Of a stretch of DNA of 64,000 nucleotides, positions 1 through 15,700 are shown piece by piece. The number at the start of each line of letters is the position of its first letter. The first letter of the stretch is position 1. The notes below the pieces were generated by a model. The model was not told where the DNA came from, did not search any database, and worked only from the letters and a program-made list of their open reading frames with translations. Position numbers and translations under genes: made by a program. The DNA is taken from contig NC_092671.1 of assembly GCF_964355755.1 (NCBI RefSeq), forward strand, positions 4,712,001-4,776,000, written 5' to 3'. This DNA is from Antedon mediterranea. Taxonomy: Eukaryota; Animalia; Echinodermata.

Positions 1-3000
1 TGCGTGCTTGCTGTTAGACCTTTCACCAGCAACTCGTCAGTTTTTCCACCCGTAACGTTTATGTAGGTCTGACTAATAAGAGCAGAGTTGATGAATACTT
101 TGTACCCGCTGACTTCGCAGCTCTGAGGTGAAGGAGTCCAGGTTAATCTGACATCATTGGGTGAAAGAGCTTCACCCCTAAGCTTTGATGGATTCACGTC
201 GCTGCGAGCTGATAAAATTAGATAAGAATAGTTTTACACTGGCCGCTATCTTTGTTAATAGCTATGTGAACAGATGTTAAGTGTAAGTATAAAGTTTAAA
301 ATAATTCTTTAAAATCTAAATGTGTCAAACTTCACCATGGAGCGAGTGAGCCTCAAACCCTTGCCGATGTTATGGATACGTAATTACAGTTCCACTGTCT
401 TAACCGTTCGGACACTCACTCGCTTATACCACACTCATTCGATACATTGCCTACAGAGTTAATTTTAATAAAAACAATTTTTTTAAATAATACAGACAGA
501 AAATAACTTACTGTTATTGATAATTTCACAAATGTAGAACAAGTTCATGTCACATTCCAAGTCGTTAAATCGTCCGTTATTTCGCATTTCTACACAGTCC
601 TGGTTACCGATCTGGTCATTTGGTTGGTTCGTTTGCCAATTACTCTCACCCCATGATCCAATGGAAGAACAATCAACCCATGTCCAATCATTCTCAACAG
701 ACTGGTCATGAAGACCTAAAACATTATCATATCAGTAATATTAGTACTACTGTAGCAGTAGGCTGTTGACCAAATGTTTTTTGAAAATGTTGTAGATGTT
801 AGTAGCACAGCAATATCGATTATTATTATAAAATTTATTTCCATTAAGCTATGTCTACACTGTCAAACTAGTTTGACAAAAACAGTGTGATGTACTTAAA
901 TATGGTAGTGATATGCCCAGTTCCAAATATGGTAGTGATATGACATCATCATGTCCATAAATGAGCACATCTTCACATAAACATTGATACTGTAGTTGAC
1001 AGAGCTTTTGGATGTGAGCACAACTCAAGTAATTTGGATGTTACTAGCCTTCAAATAATTTTAAGCAATTGTATGTCAGCATGAATTTCCTTTTAGACAA
1101 ATAAAATGAACTATGGATCAACCAAATTGTTGCTTGTGATTGATCAATTAATTTGCGTTGCGCCTACGTCGATGCGTTGCGTCAAAGTGGCAATCAAGCT
1201 TAAATCTGCAGGCCTTGTCTTTTAAGGCGAGCGAGTGCGATCACCCACCTAACACACTCCTAAAATGCCCTTGAGCAGTGCGATATACAACATGCTTAAA
1301 TTTAGTAAACTTCTACACACCAACATACAAACAGCACACCTACAGCACCCCGGAATGTATTGAGGAGTGCATTTCTGACTTACCGACCCACCAGTCGCCT
1401 TGTGTTCTCTCCATCACATTCTGCAGCTCAGCCTCTGTGTCAATGATAGCCAGATCACCACCTGATGTGGCTTGGCAGTCGGCTCTTGCATCGTGCCAAC
1501 TCACAGAATTGTTGACAAATTTATAGCATGCATAGTCTATGAGTTCCCATCCACTTGGGCAATGGCCTAAGTTCAAAACAAATAAAAAATTACAGTACTT
1601 ATATTTGAGAAAATGTTATGTTTTCTTAATGACTAAACATACTTTTACAATATAGTAGGTTAAAAAAGACCTTGGGGCCCTTTGTAAAAAAAAATGATTC
1701 TGCTCGAGACACTTGCTTAACTGTATTCAGTAGTAAAATCTTATACAAGCTTTTGTTGATGGTCTTTTTCATGTTTTACTGTATTTATTCTGTTTTTATC
1801 TATCTTTTTCTTTGGATGAATAAATGAAATACAGAGAGTGAAAGTAAGTCATATTATTTGCCAAAAATAAAAACTACAAGATAGGAAGACTATTTAAAGT
1901 ATATTTTTAATTTTTCTAAAGAGTAAAGATGAAAACTATGTTCGTGCAAGTGCCAACATTACCTGAAAATGAAGGTGTTTTAACAGTTGTAGACGTGTCA
2001 AAGGTCAACAGTCGAAGTTCACTGTACGCTGCAATCGAGAACGTATACTGTCTGTTTTCCTTAAGTCCACTAATTCTCACTGAATTTGTTGAAGCCCCAG
2101 GTACATTGATGGTGGATTTTACGGGATCAGAGTATTCAATCTGGTAGCCGTCAACATCACAGATAACGTCAGATATTTGCCAGGTTAGCTCAACAGTGTT
2201 TGGGTTTATCACTGATCCTTTGAACATAGACGGATTGGCTGCATCAGGATCATATTCTGTCAGGGAAGGAAATGCCATAATATTTATAATAGTATTGATG
2301 CATCAGTAAATAAAGTTGCTTATTAATTGTGCAGGGTTAAGATGGTGAGAATCAATCCAGGAGCAGCATCACTAAAGAAGCTATCCTGGAGCAGTGGTCC
2401 CAGAAAAAGCAGCTCCATGAGAAACAGCTAAGACCAGTATCTCTAGAGAAGCATCCCAGAAGAAGCTACCTTGGGAGGAGAAGCAGTAGCAACAGAGAAG
2501 CAGCTCTTGAGCAGCATCAACAGAGCTAAGAGACTAAGCAGCCCCAGAGCGACTACCCCAGAGAACAGCTCCAAAGAAGCAACTAAGAGACACAGTCCAC
2601 TACAAAGGCCTGAGCAATGAGACTCTATTTTTTAATTAACATAATTTAAAAATATTTTTTTTTAAGAATCAAACATTAAGCAGTTTTTATCCAAAAAAAA
2701 GTCAAGACATGATAATACAACATACCTTCTGAGATTTCACAAATATACTGTGCATATTCAGAAGCACAGACATCATCTCCAAAACCCTCACGTAGGATAT
2801 TGCTAACATAGTACCCACAGTTCTCAGTATCTGTGTTATCTGGTTCGTTGTCAAGCCAGAAGCTGGATGCCCAGGAGGAGGGAGGGCTGCAGTCTAACCA
2901 ATGCCAATCACCTTCCACTGTTTCATCAGAATACCCTTTAAGGCAAATGTTATATAGTTACTTGTTATGTTAACATCAGGCTTACTGTTAGCTCAATTTT

Positions 3001-6000
3001 GAAATGTTCAACCAAGCGACTCGCTTTGTTGTGAGGTGGCAAATACTACCAAGCCTCAAGGAAAAATGAAAAAAGTGATGTTGTTTAATAATGCCTAGTG
3101 TAGCTTGCTTGCTTACAGACAATATTTTCAGATGAGACCAGAACAATTTAAGAAAGCAGTAACTCTTAGAGAACAGTATTTTTCAAAGTTACTAGTGCCA
3201 AAATAATTTTAAACTGTCCATCTTGTTAAGGAGTGTATGAAGGGACACAGTGATAAACTTTCTTCAAGGATCTCTAAATGTGACCAGGGAGATATGTGAC
3301 CTATAAAGATGATACATTTTGTGCACTAGAATATTTCCTTTTCATAATTATCTGAAAATATGATGTTATAAGGACTGTTAGAAAAAGGAGTACCAAAGAT
3401 TTAAAAAATGAGTGCCCTTATTTGTCAACAAAATTAGTTGCATACCTATCCAATAACTATTAGTATTCGTTTTATTGCGAATGTACTCGCTTTCCGTCTT
3501 GGTTTTAATCAGGACTAGGTCTCCATTTTCGGCTTTCATACACTCCTTCCTAGCTTCATTCCAAGATACGGGCGTGGCAGACGTGACAAATCGGTAGCAT
3601 GCGCCTCCAAAACCAGTCTCCCAACCATCAAATCTGCTACAAGGATCTGAAAAATGAATAATAATAATAATAATAACAACGTCGAGAGGAAAAAACAGTA
3701 CTGGGTTTGGTCTACTAGCGTTCCTGCTCCCAAAATTCATCCATTCATAGAAGCACTGATGAAGAAAGTCTATCGATGGTGACTAATAGAGTGGTCCCGG
3801 GACATGACAATACTTCGACTTTATATACAAGAATAAGAGCTATAAGATCTAATTTTATAGCTTCCTGGTAAAACAACATTTCATACCTCCAGCAGGTAAA
3901 GTTGTAGCGCTGGCGACTGCTTCGTATGCCAATGTACCGGTGGTAAGTACGGCAGCTAGCTCAAATTGGTATGTGGTTGATGGTTGCAGACCAGTGACAT
4001 TAGCGGCATTGGTAAGAGCACCTGGTACAAACATAGTTTTCTGGTAAAAAAAAAGAATTTTTTAATTTTCAGGACAACATTCCTTAAGTTTAAATTTTTA
4101 CCACATATTGTTTCAAATATAAATAACAAAATTACCATTGTGTTGTTAATGTTGTATCTAATACTGTAGCCTTCAATGTCACAATTTATATCAGTTGGTC
4201 TCCACGTCAAAATAGCATTGTCTGGAGAAAAACTAACGGCAGTAAACAAACGTGGGTTGAAGTCCTCTGGTACGAAATCTGTGAAATTAAAACAAAACAT
4301 TATTAGCATGCTAACATTTTTAATTCCTCATATCCAACGTAAAAAGATGGTATTTTTTTCATTTGGTATTGTATATTTATATATTTTGCTTGCTCTGTAC
4401 TTTTTGTGTTTTTAGTAGTGTGTCAAACAAAAAGTTTCCAATTTTTATATTTCCTTTCATTTCTCGACAACAAGCGGTCCAGGGGTTGCGACAGAAACAG
4501 AGCACCATAACACATTTGTGTCAGCAACCCCATTTATAAATATTGGACAATACATTTATTTTTATTCTTTTTTTTTTACAATACTAGCTCTATATAATAC
4601 TACATTAATATTCGTGAGACGAATATGTTCATGAGTTTTAATATAACAAAGATGATGTATGTTTCAATACTAAGGCTTAGCCTTATCCAGGGGACATCCC
4701 TATAAGGGGATACTTTGGTGACCCCTGAAGGTGTCCCTTTAATAGGGGTTCTACTGTATTGTTATATATTGATATAATGTCAGACAACATACAGACAATC
4801 ATTTGAACTCTGTTCCTTAATTTCATATAGTTTTAAACAGTACATATAGAAGTTGATCTCCCTTAGAACATACGGTAAAATAATGTAAAGTTGAGACTGT
4901 ATATTATGTGCAAGACTATACCATAATGAGAAATGAAATTAAAGAAAAACAAAAATAATAAAACAAGATATAACTGTCCATACTTTTGGGGATGACTTGA
5001 CAGATGTACTGGGAACGGCTTAAGCATTGTAGATCATGGTATTTGCCATTAGATCGTAGCTGGCCACAGTCTTGACTTCCAACAACATCATCAGGTTGTT
5101 CTACTCCCCAATTACTGAGTGTAAAGTTACTGGGAGCAGTACAATCAACCCACTGCCATTTGCCCTCAACAGCAACATCATAATAGCCTACAAACAATAG
5201 AGAAACATGACAATCTCTTTTTTCACAGGCAAATTACATATTTTTATAGGAATAAAAGTGTATTCTTTATATGTATGTTTTATCATATAGAACACATGCA
5301 TCCTATATTAAATAATTGATGTAAAGCTCTGTCTACACTATTAAACTAGTTTGACAAAAAAAGTGCCCAAATATTTTATTTGTCACATAAAGTTTCATAG
5401 TGTAGACAGAACTTAAGGTAAGACTTTAAACAACTTAAGTCGGATACAATTAAAATCTCAATTTTTTATGATTTTCATTTAAAGTCAATTTTAATTTTGA
5501 TAGCCTTATTTCTAAGTTTCCAGTAAATAAAGTAGTAGGCCTATTTAATTTCATTTCACATTAAACTCACCAATCCAGTAATCACTGGTAATATTCCTAA
5601 CGTTCATGACGTAATCTAATGCTTCTGGAGTATCAATTTTAGCAAGGTCAGAGTTCAAAGAAGATTGACAATCTGCTCGTGCATCATCCCAGGTACGACT
5701 TGTCAAAGAGAACTTGAAACAGTTGTAGTCGTAACCAATCTCATATCCAAACGGACATTGCACTAAAAACAAACAAAAACATAATACATTATATAGTATG
5801 TCCTAATTATGTTTTAAATAATGGAATATTTAAAAGATCAATTTGCTGTTCTGTTATTGAATTATTAGAGCAATATACATTGGATAGATCAAATGGCAAC
5901 AGCTCAATAATAGCAACGATGGAATTTCTCAAAATGATTAAAAATTAAAATATTTCCACACCTGATTCATTAAGTGTTCTGATTGGACGGAATTGGCCAT

Positions 6001-9000
6001 ATGACAAATCTCCGACCATTGTTGTTGCAGCAATGGAGAATATGTAAATGGTCCCTGGTATTAGATCACGGACAACCGCTGAACTAGTATCCGCACCGGC
6101 GACCTCCATGACCATGGTTTTAACGCCATCTTGGTAGTTGATTTTATAGCCAGTGACATCACAGTTCAATCTTGATGGCCGCCAGCTAAAGCTTGCTGAT
6201 ACAGGGTTAAGTGCTTGACCTCGGAAAAGAGTAGGATTTGCCTCATTTGGAGAAAATGCTAAAAACACAATAATTAAGCATTATTAAATTGAATACAAAT
6301 CAATAAAACACCAACAAATTATTAACCATTATATTATTAACTACCACTTACGTTTTTTGCGCTTTTCACAAATGTAATAATTTTTATTTGAACATGTCTC
6401 ATCTTCCCATTGTCCAGCATCATTCATCTGACCGCAATCACTCTGACCGTTACTATCATCAGGTTGGCCACGAGCCCATTGTGAACGTTGCCAGATGTTT
6501 GGTGAACTACAATCTACCCATCGCCAACTGTCTTCTGTAGCTTGGTCATAAAATCCTTCAAAAGTATCAATTTCCAATGTTATAAACTTTTTTGAAGATT
6601 GCATTTGTGAATATATATTCAAAACAACCTTTTTGATAAAACACCAACTATAACAAAATACTATATATGGTTTACAATTTATGTTGTTTACAAGGTTATT
6701 TAAAAATACACATTCGTCGTGTAGTACATGGCATATGATCTTGTATAATCTGCATCCTCTATTTTGCATACATTGAATTAGGCATTTTATAACATACCTG
6801 GAGTCACCAACCTAGCATACCAAGGTGAAACTTCGCATACTTATATTATTTTTCTACTTGCAGTAGGTGTATCCATTTTTCCATCTCAACTCATAAAAAT
6901 ATTCCCTCTTTTCACTCATTTTAGAATAATTTTAAAAACAAAAAAAATGGTCTTACCTATCCACCAATCATTTTTCATATTAGTCATGTTTTGTATGTAG
7001 GCATGCTCCGATTCGTCCTCGATAATTACAAGATCGCCATCTTCAACACTCATGCAGTCTTTTCTTGCATCTGACCATGTCCGAGAAACATCACTGAAGC
7101 GGTAACAGGTGAAAGAGGGTCCTACTACCCAACCATCTGGACACAACTCATCTATTGTTGTAATTTAAATATTATTTTAATAAAATTTAATTAAATGCAA
7201 TTATACAACTGTGAAAAGTGTGTATACTGTTAATACCTCCGCCAATGGAGGTTACATCTTGATTTATTTGTCTGTTTTTCTGGAAGATATTGTCAAAAGT
7301 ACTAAACAGATTTGTACCAAACTTTTACCATAGATAGACATTAGTTTATGGATGATTCCATTTAATTTTAGCTGTATGCAATTAAAAGTTATGTGATCTA
7401 TGCACGATTTGTTTCTTTGTTTTATCTTCACAAACAGAAATCATAAATACACCGACTCAGTGAGCTTGAACTTCAGATCATTATAGTTGTAACATAGCCT
7501 GATGGCGTAAGTGGAATACAAGTTTTGGTTTAAGAGGCAATACAGTGACCAATGTCGGTTTAGTAATATCATAATATATCATAAGTTTTGTTTAACATAC
7601 CTACTGGCTTGAATGTTTTTACTGTGGCAGATTGTTCATAAGGTAACAAGCCAAATGTCTGCAGAATCGATGCAACCTCAAATATGTAAGTAGTATCTGG
7701 CGCTAAGTTATAAACTAAAAGACTAGTAGTTTCAGATCCATTGATACGAAGTAAAACCTTTAAAACAATAAGGATAAGAATGTTGTGTGATTACACTATT
7801 ATAAATTGTATTTAACAAAAGGAGACTTAAATATGCAATCCCACTGAACTCGATTTCCACTTGGACACAACACAAGGTAAGTGTTTCGCAGAAAATTAGA
7901 AAAATCATACCAAAACCTTAAGAAAGAACATCATTACAACAGTGTGAAATCTGGGCTCAAACAAGACAACAAGACAAAAGTAACTAATTGAGGACATTAC
8001 ATTGTGATCTTAACTTTTGCTTTCTGCCAAAACTATGAATTACGAAATTAAGAAAGCCATTTTTCAAGGTGATAATGTAGTATGACTAAGAAAGTTCCAA
8101 GTCAAGTCATACCATTTGTACTGGATTTGTTGGCTAGCTGAAACCATCTTGATCAATTTATCTGGGCAAGTGCCACTAAGTAAAACTTACTATTCATTTG
8201 GTAAGTCTTGCCAAAAAAGTCAATAGCGATGTAAACAAGTATGATATAAAACAATTAACGATGTGAAAAAGAAAACAACTTACATCTCCATTTGTTCCAT
8301 TGAAACGTACACTATAACCAAGAACATCGCAATAGCGGACTGGTCTGCGCCATGTCAGGGTAACAACCGATTCTGTTGAAGCAACTGCTTGAAATCGAGT
8401 CGGAGTAGCATCGTCATCATTGTATACTTGAAAAAAAAAATAGATAATAAAAATAAATTCGAAATACATTGTTAAGAATATTTAAAAATCTTTAAAATAA
8501 CTTTATAAACAAATGATGGAATGAGCAAAATGATACACAATGGTACTGTAAAGATAAAATTCTTTAAAAAAGTGAGACTAAAAAAAAAAAACCGAAACTA
8601 CTGTAAAGCTTGTAAATATGCATTTCAATTAAACACAACTTATATATTAGATTCGCTGTGCTGAAAATAGTCACATTTTCAAAACTTTTCAAAACAGATT
8701 TCTTAAAATGACGTGGCTTTACTGGAGATGCTCTATACATTATCTCCATTTCATTAAACTGGTTTTTTTTTGCAAAGAATGAGAAAAAACATAATGTAAC
8801 ATAATAAATAAAATGTATTTGTAGACAAAATCTTTGGCTTGACTGCAACAAACATAAATCTGTCGTATTGGAAACAAACTACGCCTGCATTGATCATTGG
8901 AGTTCTTCAACATACTTACATCTTTCGTATTGTTCACACACGTATTTCATTGGTATTGTGCAATCTTTATCATCGTAAAGTCCTGTGGCGCTTGAAATCT

Positions 9001-9796
9001 GAGCACAATCGGCGCCATTGCCATTATCAGGTTGACCAGTTGCCCAATTGGACTCGGCCCAATCTGTGTTGGTCAAGCAATCAACCCAAAACCATTCTTC
9101 TTCTACAGATCCGTCATAAAAACCTAAACAAATTTAACAGAAATATACAGTTTATAAACTATGTCAAAATTAGGAAACCAGTTAATATAAACCTGTATTA
9201 TTTGTAATATTTTTAATTTTACACTAAAAAAAAATATTTGGATTTTCTTGAATTTTAGTTTCTTGTTTTACATTTAAATCAAATTTAACTCCAGCATGGT
9301 GTGCTTATTTCGATTTTTGCCTACAATTGCGGACTTTTAACTGCAAGCAAGGTAGAACAACTGCTAATGTCTTCCAGAACAATAACTGGCTTTGATATTG
9401 GTAAAAAATATGGTAGTGATATGCCCATATGGTAGTGATATTCACAAATATGGTAATGATATGACATCATCATGCCCAAAGTTGGGCACATCACATGTTT
9501 TTGTCACATAAAGTGTGATAGTGTAGACAGAGGTTTATGCTAAACTAATTTGAGTTAGGTCAGATCTAACTTGAATAGGAGCCCGTCCGTAGTCTTTAAG
9601 CACTTACCAATCCACGAGTCATCTCCTATAAGCTTATTAACATAATCATTTTCTGCCTTGTCATTGATAATAACAAGATCACCACCAGGAGTAGACAGAC
9701 AATCTAAGCGAGCATCAAACCAGGTCTTGGATTCCGAACTGAATTTATAGCACGTCACATTATCATTTCCAGCGCTGTAGCCTACTGGACATTTGT
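1..9796 (-). CDS. Second (C-type lectin-FN3) x5+ block of the giant gene, truncated by the window edge
   Basis: Five CTL domains (QPD, QPD, QPD, EPD, QPN motifs) alternate with FN3 domains; the last FN3 exon is open at position 1. Confidence 0.88.
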
Positions 9797-12700
9797 CTAA
9801 AAAAACAAAGATGGTCAATTACAGTTAAGTAATGCAAAAAGAAGAGAAAAAATTGTCTCCAAATCTATTCAAAAATTGTATTACTTAATACAAAAGTTAA
9901 AACTAAAATAAATCTACTTGTTTTAAATGCAGTATTATAAATGTTATACCGTACAATTATGGCAATAACATGATTAGAGAGATAGATATAAAGGAGTGGA
10001 ACAATTATTATCTCAATTATAATCAGTTTTCACAATCAGCCATTAATAGCCAGCTCCAGAGAAATAAAAATCTAACGTCTGTGAATGGCTATCAGAAGAA
10101 AGAAGTAGATAGGTTTGATAACCACAAATAGACGACATCTTGCCAAATTCTAACTACTTACATATAGCTTTCCAGGTGAGATCAAATCCTTTTGACGTTG
10201 TGGATAAATCTGAATTCAACTGTATGTTCAATCCATTGCTGGTACTAACAATGCTCTCAGGCAGTTCAGAGCCGGTTAGGACCTAAAGAAAACCAATAAC
10301 ATTTTTTTTTAAACACTAGAAAATCCCAAATCGCAATTTAACATCATGGCTATCTTCCAATTTACTCACAACTGTTTGGTCGTCCACTTGGTCTAGAGTG
10401 ACGCCGCCAACGACGAGGAAGTCTCGTCCGGTCTCCAAGTCAAATGATTTGAATGTAAGTTCAATATTGAACTCCCCTGAAACCTGGATAATCCAGATGC
10501 AGTCTGCATTGTTGGGATAATCCATCGGATAACTGGGGGATGATATCTGGCCACCTGATCCAAATAATGAATTGATTCCACATGAATCTGAAAATAAATA
10601 ATATTGATTGATTGGTTGATTGATTGTTTGATTGATTGATAACAATTGCATTCACTTCAGACATTATAATCCAAATGAAGGCCTTCCCAAGCTGAACTGA
10701 TGTATTGAATCTATGCTACAAACTGAATTTTTTTTAAAAGATAGGCTAAAGGCCAGAGGCGACATACCATCATAGACATCAATGATGTATCCATCACCAG
10801 TAGTGGTTGCATCAGAGGTAAACATGATCCACAATTGGTTAGACTTTGTGGAATAGGAATCCGACTGCTGGGACATAGATCCAGTTGCTATTAACATTTT
10901 AGAAGATAATTCCATAGGATCCTGCCCACTTCCAAATGATAAGAAATCATACCCTTCCTCTGCAAGAAGAAATATAAAATATTACTACCCATGAAATGAC
11001 GGGAAATTGTATTCTATATTTTCTATTTATATTATTAGTACTGTAGAACGTCCTTTACACTCTTTTTGAAAAACAATATTGTGTTATAAAACAAGTCAAA
11101 ACTAATCAAATATTAAAAGTAAATTGTACCATTATAGGATGAAAATTGAATAGCTACTTCGAAGTATCTTTGCATTAAACTTTCGACGTAATTAAAATCA
11201 GTCATTCTCGAGTGGACCTCGAACCCATGACCTCCGGATAACTGGAATTCATACCTTTAAACCACCGATGTTGCATCGATGATTTAGTTTTTATTGTTAT
11301 TATTCATGTTGGTGCAGTATCCGCTGCTTCTTTAGACTTGAATCTAACCCCTAGAAAATCTAACTTACTACATTTACATCAGAATTATGGCAAACATTTG
11401 ACCAATTATTATTGTATTATATGTTCAAAATGGGAATTAATCTTTCAAAACTTACCAACATCCAACATTCTAATTTGAAATCGTATAAAAGATCCTCGCC
11501 TGCTTGATATCTGATACAAACAGTACTCATTGTCGTCGTACGGACTTGGATTGTTCACAGATTTTAATTCGATATTGCCACCATCAGGAATTACTAACTT
11601 GTTCTGAACACAACCTGTTAAATACACATACATACATGTTTAATCTTACTGTACTGTTCTATTTTAATGTTGTGCCACAAAGGCATACAATCTATAACAA
11701 ATTCATTCAATTCTCAAGTGCTGACTGACATTTCCTATCATCCTAAACAATATTTAATTAGTTTCATATCATATGTGGTATCACATGTGGTGTCTGTATC
11801 ATGAAATGTTAGGTTAAGGGTTAGGCTAGGGTCTATGATACAAGGTACCAATGCTGTATCACACATTTTGCCTATGATACTGGACCCAACCAAGTTTCTT
11901 CTTAATAGAAGATACGATATAAGATATTTTCTATTCTAAGCAGCACAAAAACTCTAATAACACATTCAACGTTTTCAAGAATCTGATAAACACTAGGTCT
12001 ACTAACTGGGCTTGCTGTACACAGACAAATCAAATCCGCCAGCAGTAACCGAGTCATCAGAAATTAACTGTATCCAGGCATTATTGCCATCCACAACCAT
12101 TTTGGAGGGTAAATTTGGACCGCTGAATCTACCAACAATTGATGCGACATCCAACTCGTCATCTCCTACACCAACCAAAATATAATCATAACTGAAAGAA
12201 AAGAAAATTTAGAAAATATTGAGTGAATTTTGATATCATTTGTTTATTATTTTATGTGATGAATGCACATTAAAATCTGAAATCTTTATTTTCAAATTTA
12301 ATAAGAATAAATAATAATATAAACATAAAAATCTATTTGATTTTAAAGCCTTTTCTACACTATCAAACTTTATGTGACAAAAAATGTGATGTGCCCATAT
12401 ATGGACATGATGATGTCATATTACTACCATATTTGGGTACATCACACTTTTTTTGTCAAACTAATGTAGAGAACTTAAGATAAGTTCCCACACAAAAATG
12501 TTAACAATAGATATCTATTGCTTACCCATATTCTACATCAAATTTATTAAATTGTATAACGATTCCGTTGTTTTCAGATCCCATGATTTTCCAGACACAG
12601 TTTACATTGTTTTCATAATTGTTGGGATACAATGGACTAGTAATATCCTGAGAGCCAACAGTAACATTTACTGTGCTTCCACATGTTGCATGTGGCTTTT

Positions 12701-15700
12701 GTGAATCTAACATGGTTATAGTCTTGTCAGTAATAAGGTCTAAAATAGAAAAACAAACACGATTAATCACAATAATTGATTTGATCAACTTTGTTTTAGA
12801 AATATATGACATCTACAAAATAAAAAAAAGCAGAAAACATTATAGAGGTCACTAAAAATGAGATTTTCTCCAATTTAAGATATATATAAACATACGTTTT
12901 TATTTTAGATAATTGCAACTCCTTATGATAAATGCGTAAACAGATTTGCCGATATATATATATACTCTATTTTTTGGTAAAATCAAGAACCTGAATATTA
13001 GGGATATCGGTAATGATTATGTTATGGATAGTTGTGACAAATTTGACGAAATATAATTACCTTTCACCATTCACCTCATGGCATTATTTGTACCATTCAA
13101 CCCATAATCATTCATTATTTGTATATTATTTCATTTATTTAGCATTATACTCACTGGGGTCAACCTGCTCAGCAGACAAGCTAAATCCTCGTCCAGTTAT
13201 TGAATAATCTGACGTCATGGTAAATGTAAGGACATCAGATGTGGAAAAGATGGTTTTAGGAAGAACATCTCCTGTCACGACAGTCTGTCCATTAAATGAC
13301 AATCGATCATACGCGGGTTCAAGATCAAGGTCAAAGAAGTTGACAGCGATGACGTCACTGCTTTCACTTGCCGTTAAAGTCCATGTGCAGTTCTCGTAAT
13401 TTGGATATTGGTTTGGATAGCTGGATGACTGGATGCGTAGCGATGTACCAGATTTTAACGTAAACGCATACTGACATTGTTTACTCAACGGAAGTTCTAA
13501 TAAAGAAAAGTTAGTTTAACTTTGCTATCTATGCATAATAAGCCAGTGCACAACATAATTTAAATTACTATAATTGATTTTTTTCTATTCTGCATTGTTT
13601 ATTCCTTATGGACCTTGTAAAAGAACACACATTTATTTTTAAATGTCTAATTAATTAAATGAAATATACAAAGACAAACTTTTTTCGTGGGCCCGAAAAA
13701 GATGCGAGAGTGATATTGGGTAAGGGACAGTGAGAGTCATTGGTTCAAGAGCTGTCTGTGTCATATAGCTTGTAAGTCAAGATACTTTTAATACTGTCAA
13801 TGCCCTTTCCTTCAGATGGGATGTAAAGCTGTTAGTGCTGTGCTGTACACTATATTTAAGTAGAGATGAGGGTCATCATCTCTCCTATGCTGCACTGTGG
13901 TTAATTGCATACGTAGAGGATATGTAGAAATTTTCCACCTAAACAGAGGATACATTTACATTAAACTTGCTCAATAATATTTACCTGCTTCGTCTTCTTT
14001 ATAAACGATCCAAAACCCAGTTCCTTGGGTGAGAGACGATCCAGAAACAAAACGAACTTCAACGGAATTGCTCATGCTGAGGTAATCTTTAGGGATGTTT
14101 GTACCACTTAATGTCTACAAAATTAAACAGTTTATAGAATTAAAGGTTTGCTTTGCTATGGGCGAATATCTTTCTGTTTTACCTTGATGTAGAGACTTAA
14201 TACAGCTGCAGCTTGTGTGTACCTCCCAGGTCAAAATTTAAATTACATTACATGTAAATGTGTGTGATGCAGTGTTGGAATTCACATGATGGGGAGTTTG
14301 AGGCCAACGCTCTTACAATGCTTGTGTTCTTAAGCAAAACACTTTCTTTACGTTTGCCTCCATCCACCCAGGTGTACAAATGGGTACCTGGTATAGTTAA
14401 CCACTACTAATTACTAGCTGCAACATTATAGGAACAGACGTGTTTGATCCAATCCAATAATGTAAACACCCTTTGAGGTTTTGAGCAGTATTGACAAATT
14501 ATTATTATATATCTATCCTGGCCTTTTCAATTATTGAACAAATAACTCAGTAATAATAAAAAACCGGATCTCACCAACATCTGCGGGCTTTCAACTCCAC
14601 TGTTTAAATCTGTGATTATTAAGGAATCGTCCATACCAATAAGATCGATATCCATGAAACTCAACCTCACACGAGACTTGGCATCGGTAAGTGTGACTTG
14701 GTAAGCACAGTTCGCATTCGGTGGGTAGGGACTTGGAAAGTTAGGAGAGGTTATGTTGCCAGTACTATCTGTAAAGGGCGGCTGACCATTACAAGCATCT
14801 AAAAAGAAATACAGTTATTAATAAGGAAGGGATCATGTAAAATTATTCTACTACTGCAGTAACAGTTTACTACAGTTTTAACCTGTTCCTGCAATTATTT
14901 GGCAAATGTATTTTTGGGTAATTAATCATACACATTGTTTATTGCAGTGACTGCCTTATTGAACCAATTTCAATGTATGAAACAATTGAATAAATTTCAA
15001 CAAATTTATTGCAGTAAACAAAAATATTTTTGACAGTCACGATCACTAAGTTAGTGTTAATGCTTATATTGAATAGCATACTAAATAGTGTAAATTTGTT
15101 GAAAAAAATATTATAACTACTGCAAGTACTGGAATTTTAAAATGGTTACATTGGACGAAATTGGCACATCGGCAACAGGATACCCCAGTACAAATATTAT
15201 CCACTAAAAACTGGTATTCTAATTTGATATAAATTTGATGCCACTTTTGAAAGTAGAAACACCAAGAAAATATAATATTAGTGATCCGGAATGTATACAT
15301 GTGAAGAATTAAGTCTTATCTTTACCATTTCAAGCTGCAGTATTCAAAATTTGCTTTAAAAAATAATAAACCAAAAACAAACCGTTGGTAAAATTCTGTG
15401 TAGCCACTGTGATAGCCTCACTGTATCCAACATTTCCCCATGCTGTGAAAGCGCTGATGCTAAACATATACATGGTATTAGACTGTAGCCCATCAATGAC
15501 GGTCATGTCACTGTCCTTGCCAGGAATTACGGTTTGGATAGAAGGGTTGCTGTACATGATTCTATACTCTAGTACTTCACAATTTTGTGGTGATGGTGTC
15601 CACTGTAATGTTACACTGAAGGCAGACGTTGCCTCACCAGAGAAACTTCTTGGGTTGATATCATAATCTAAAAAAGACACGAACATTTTTTATTCTAAAA

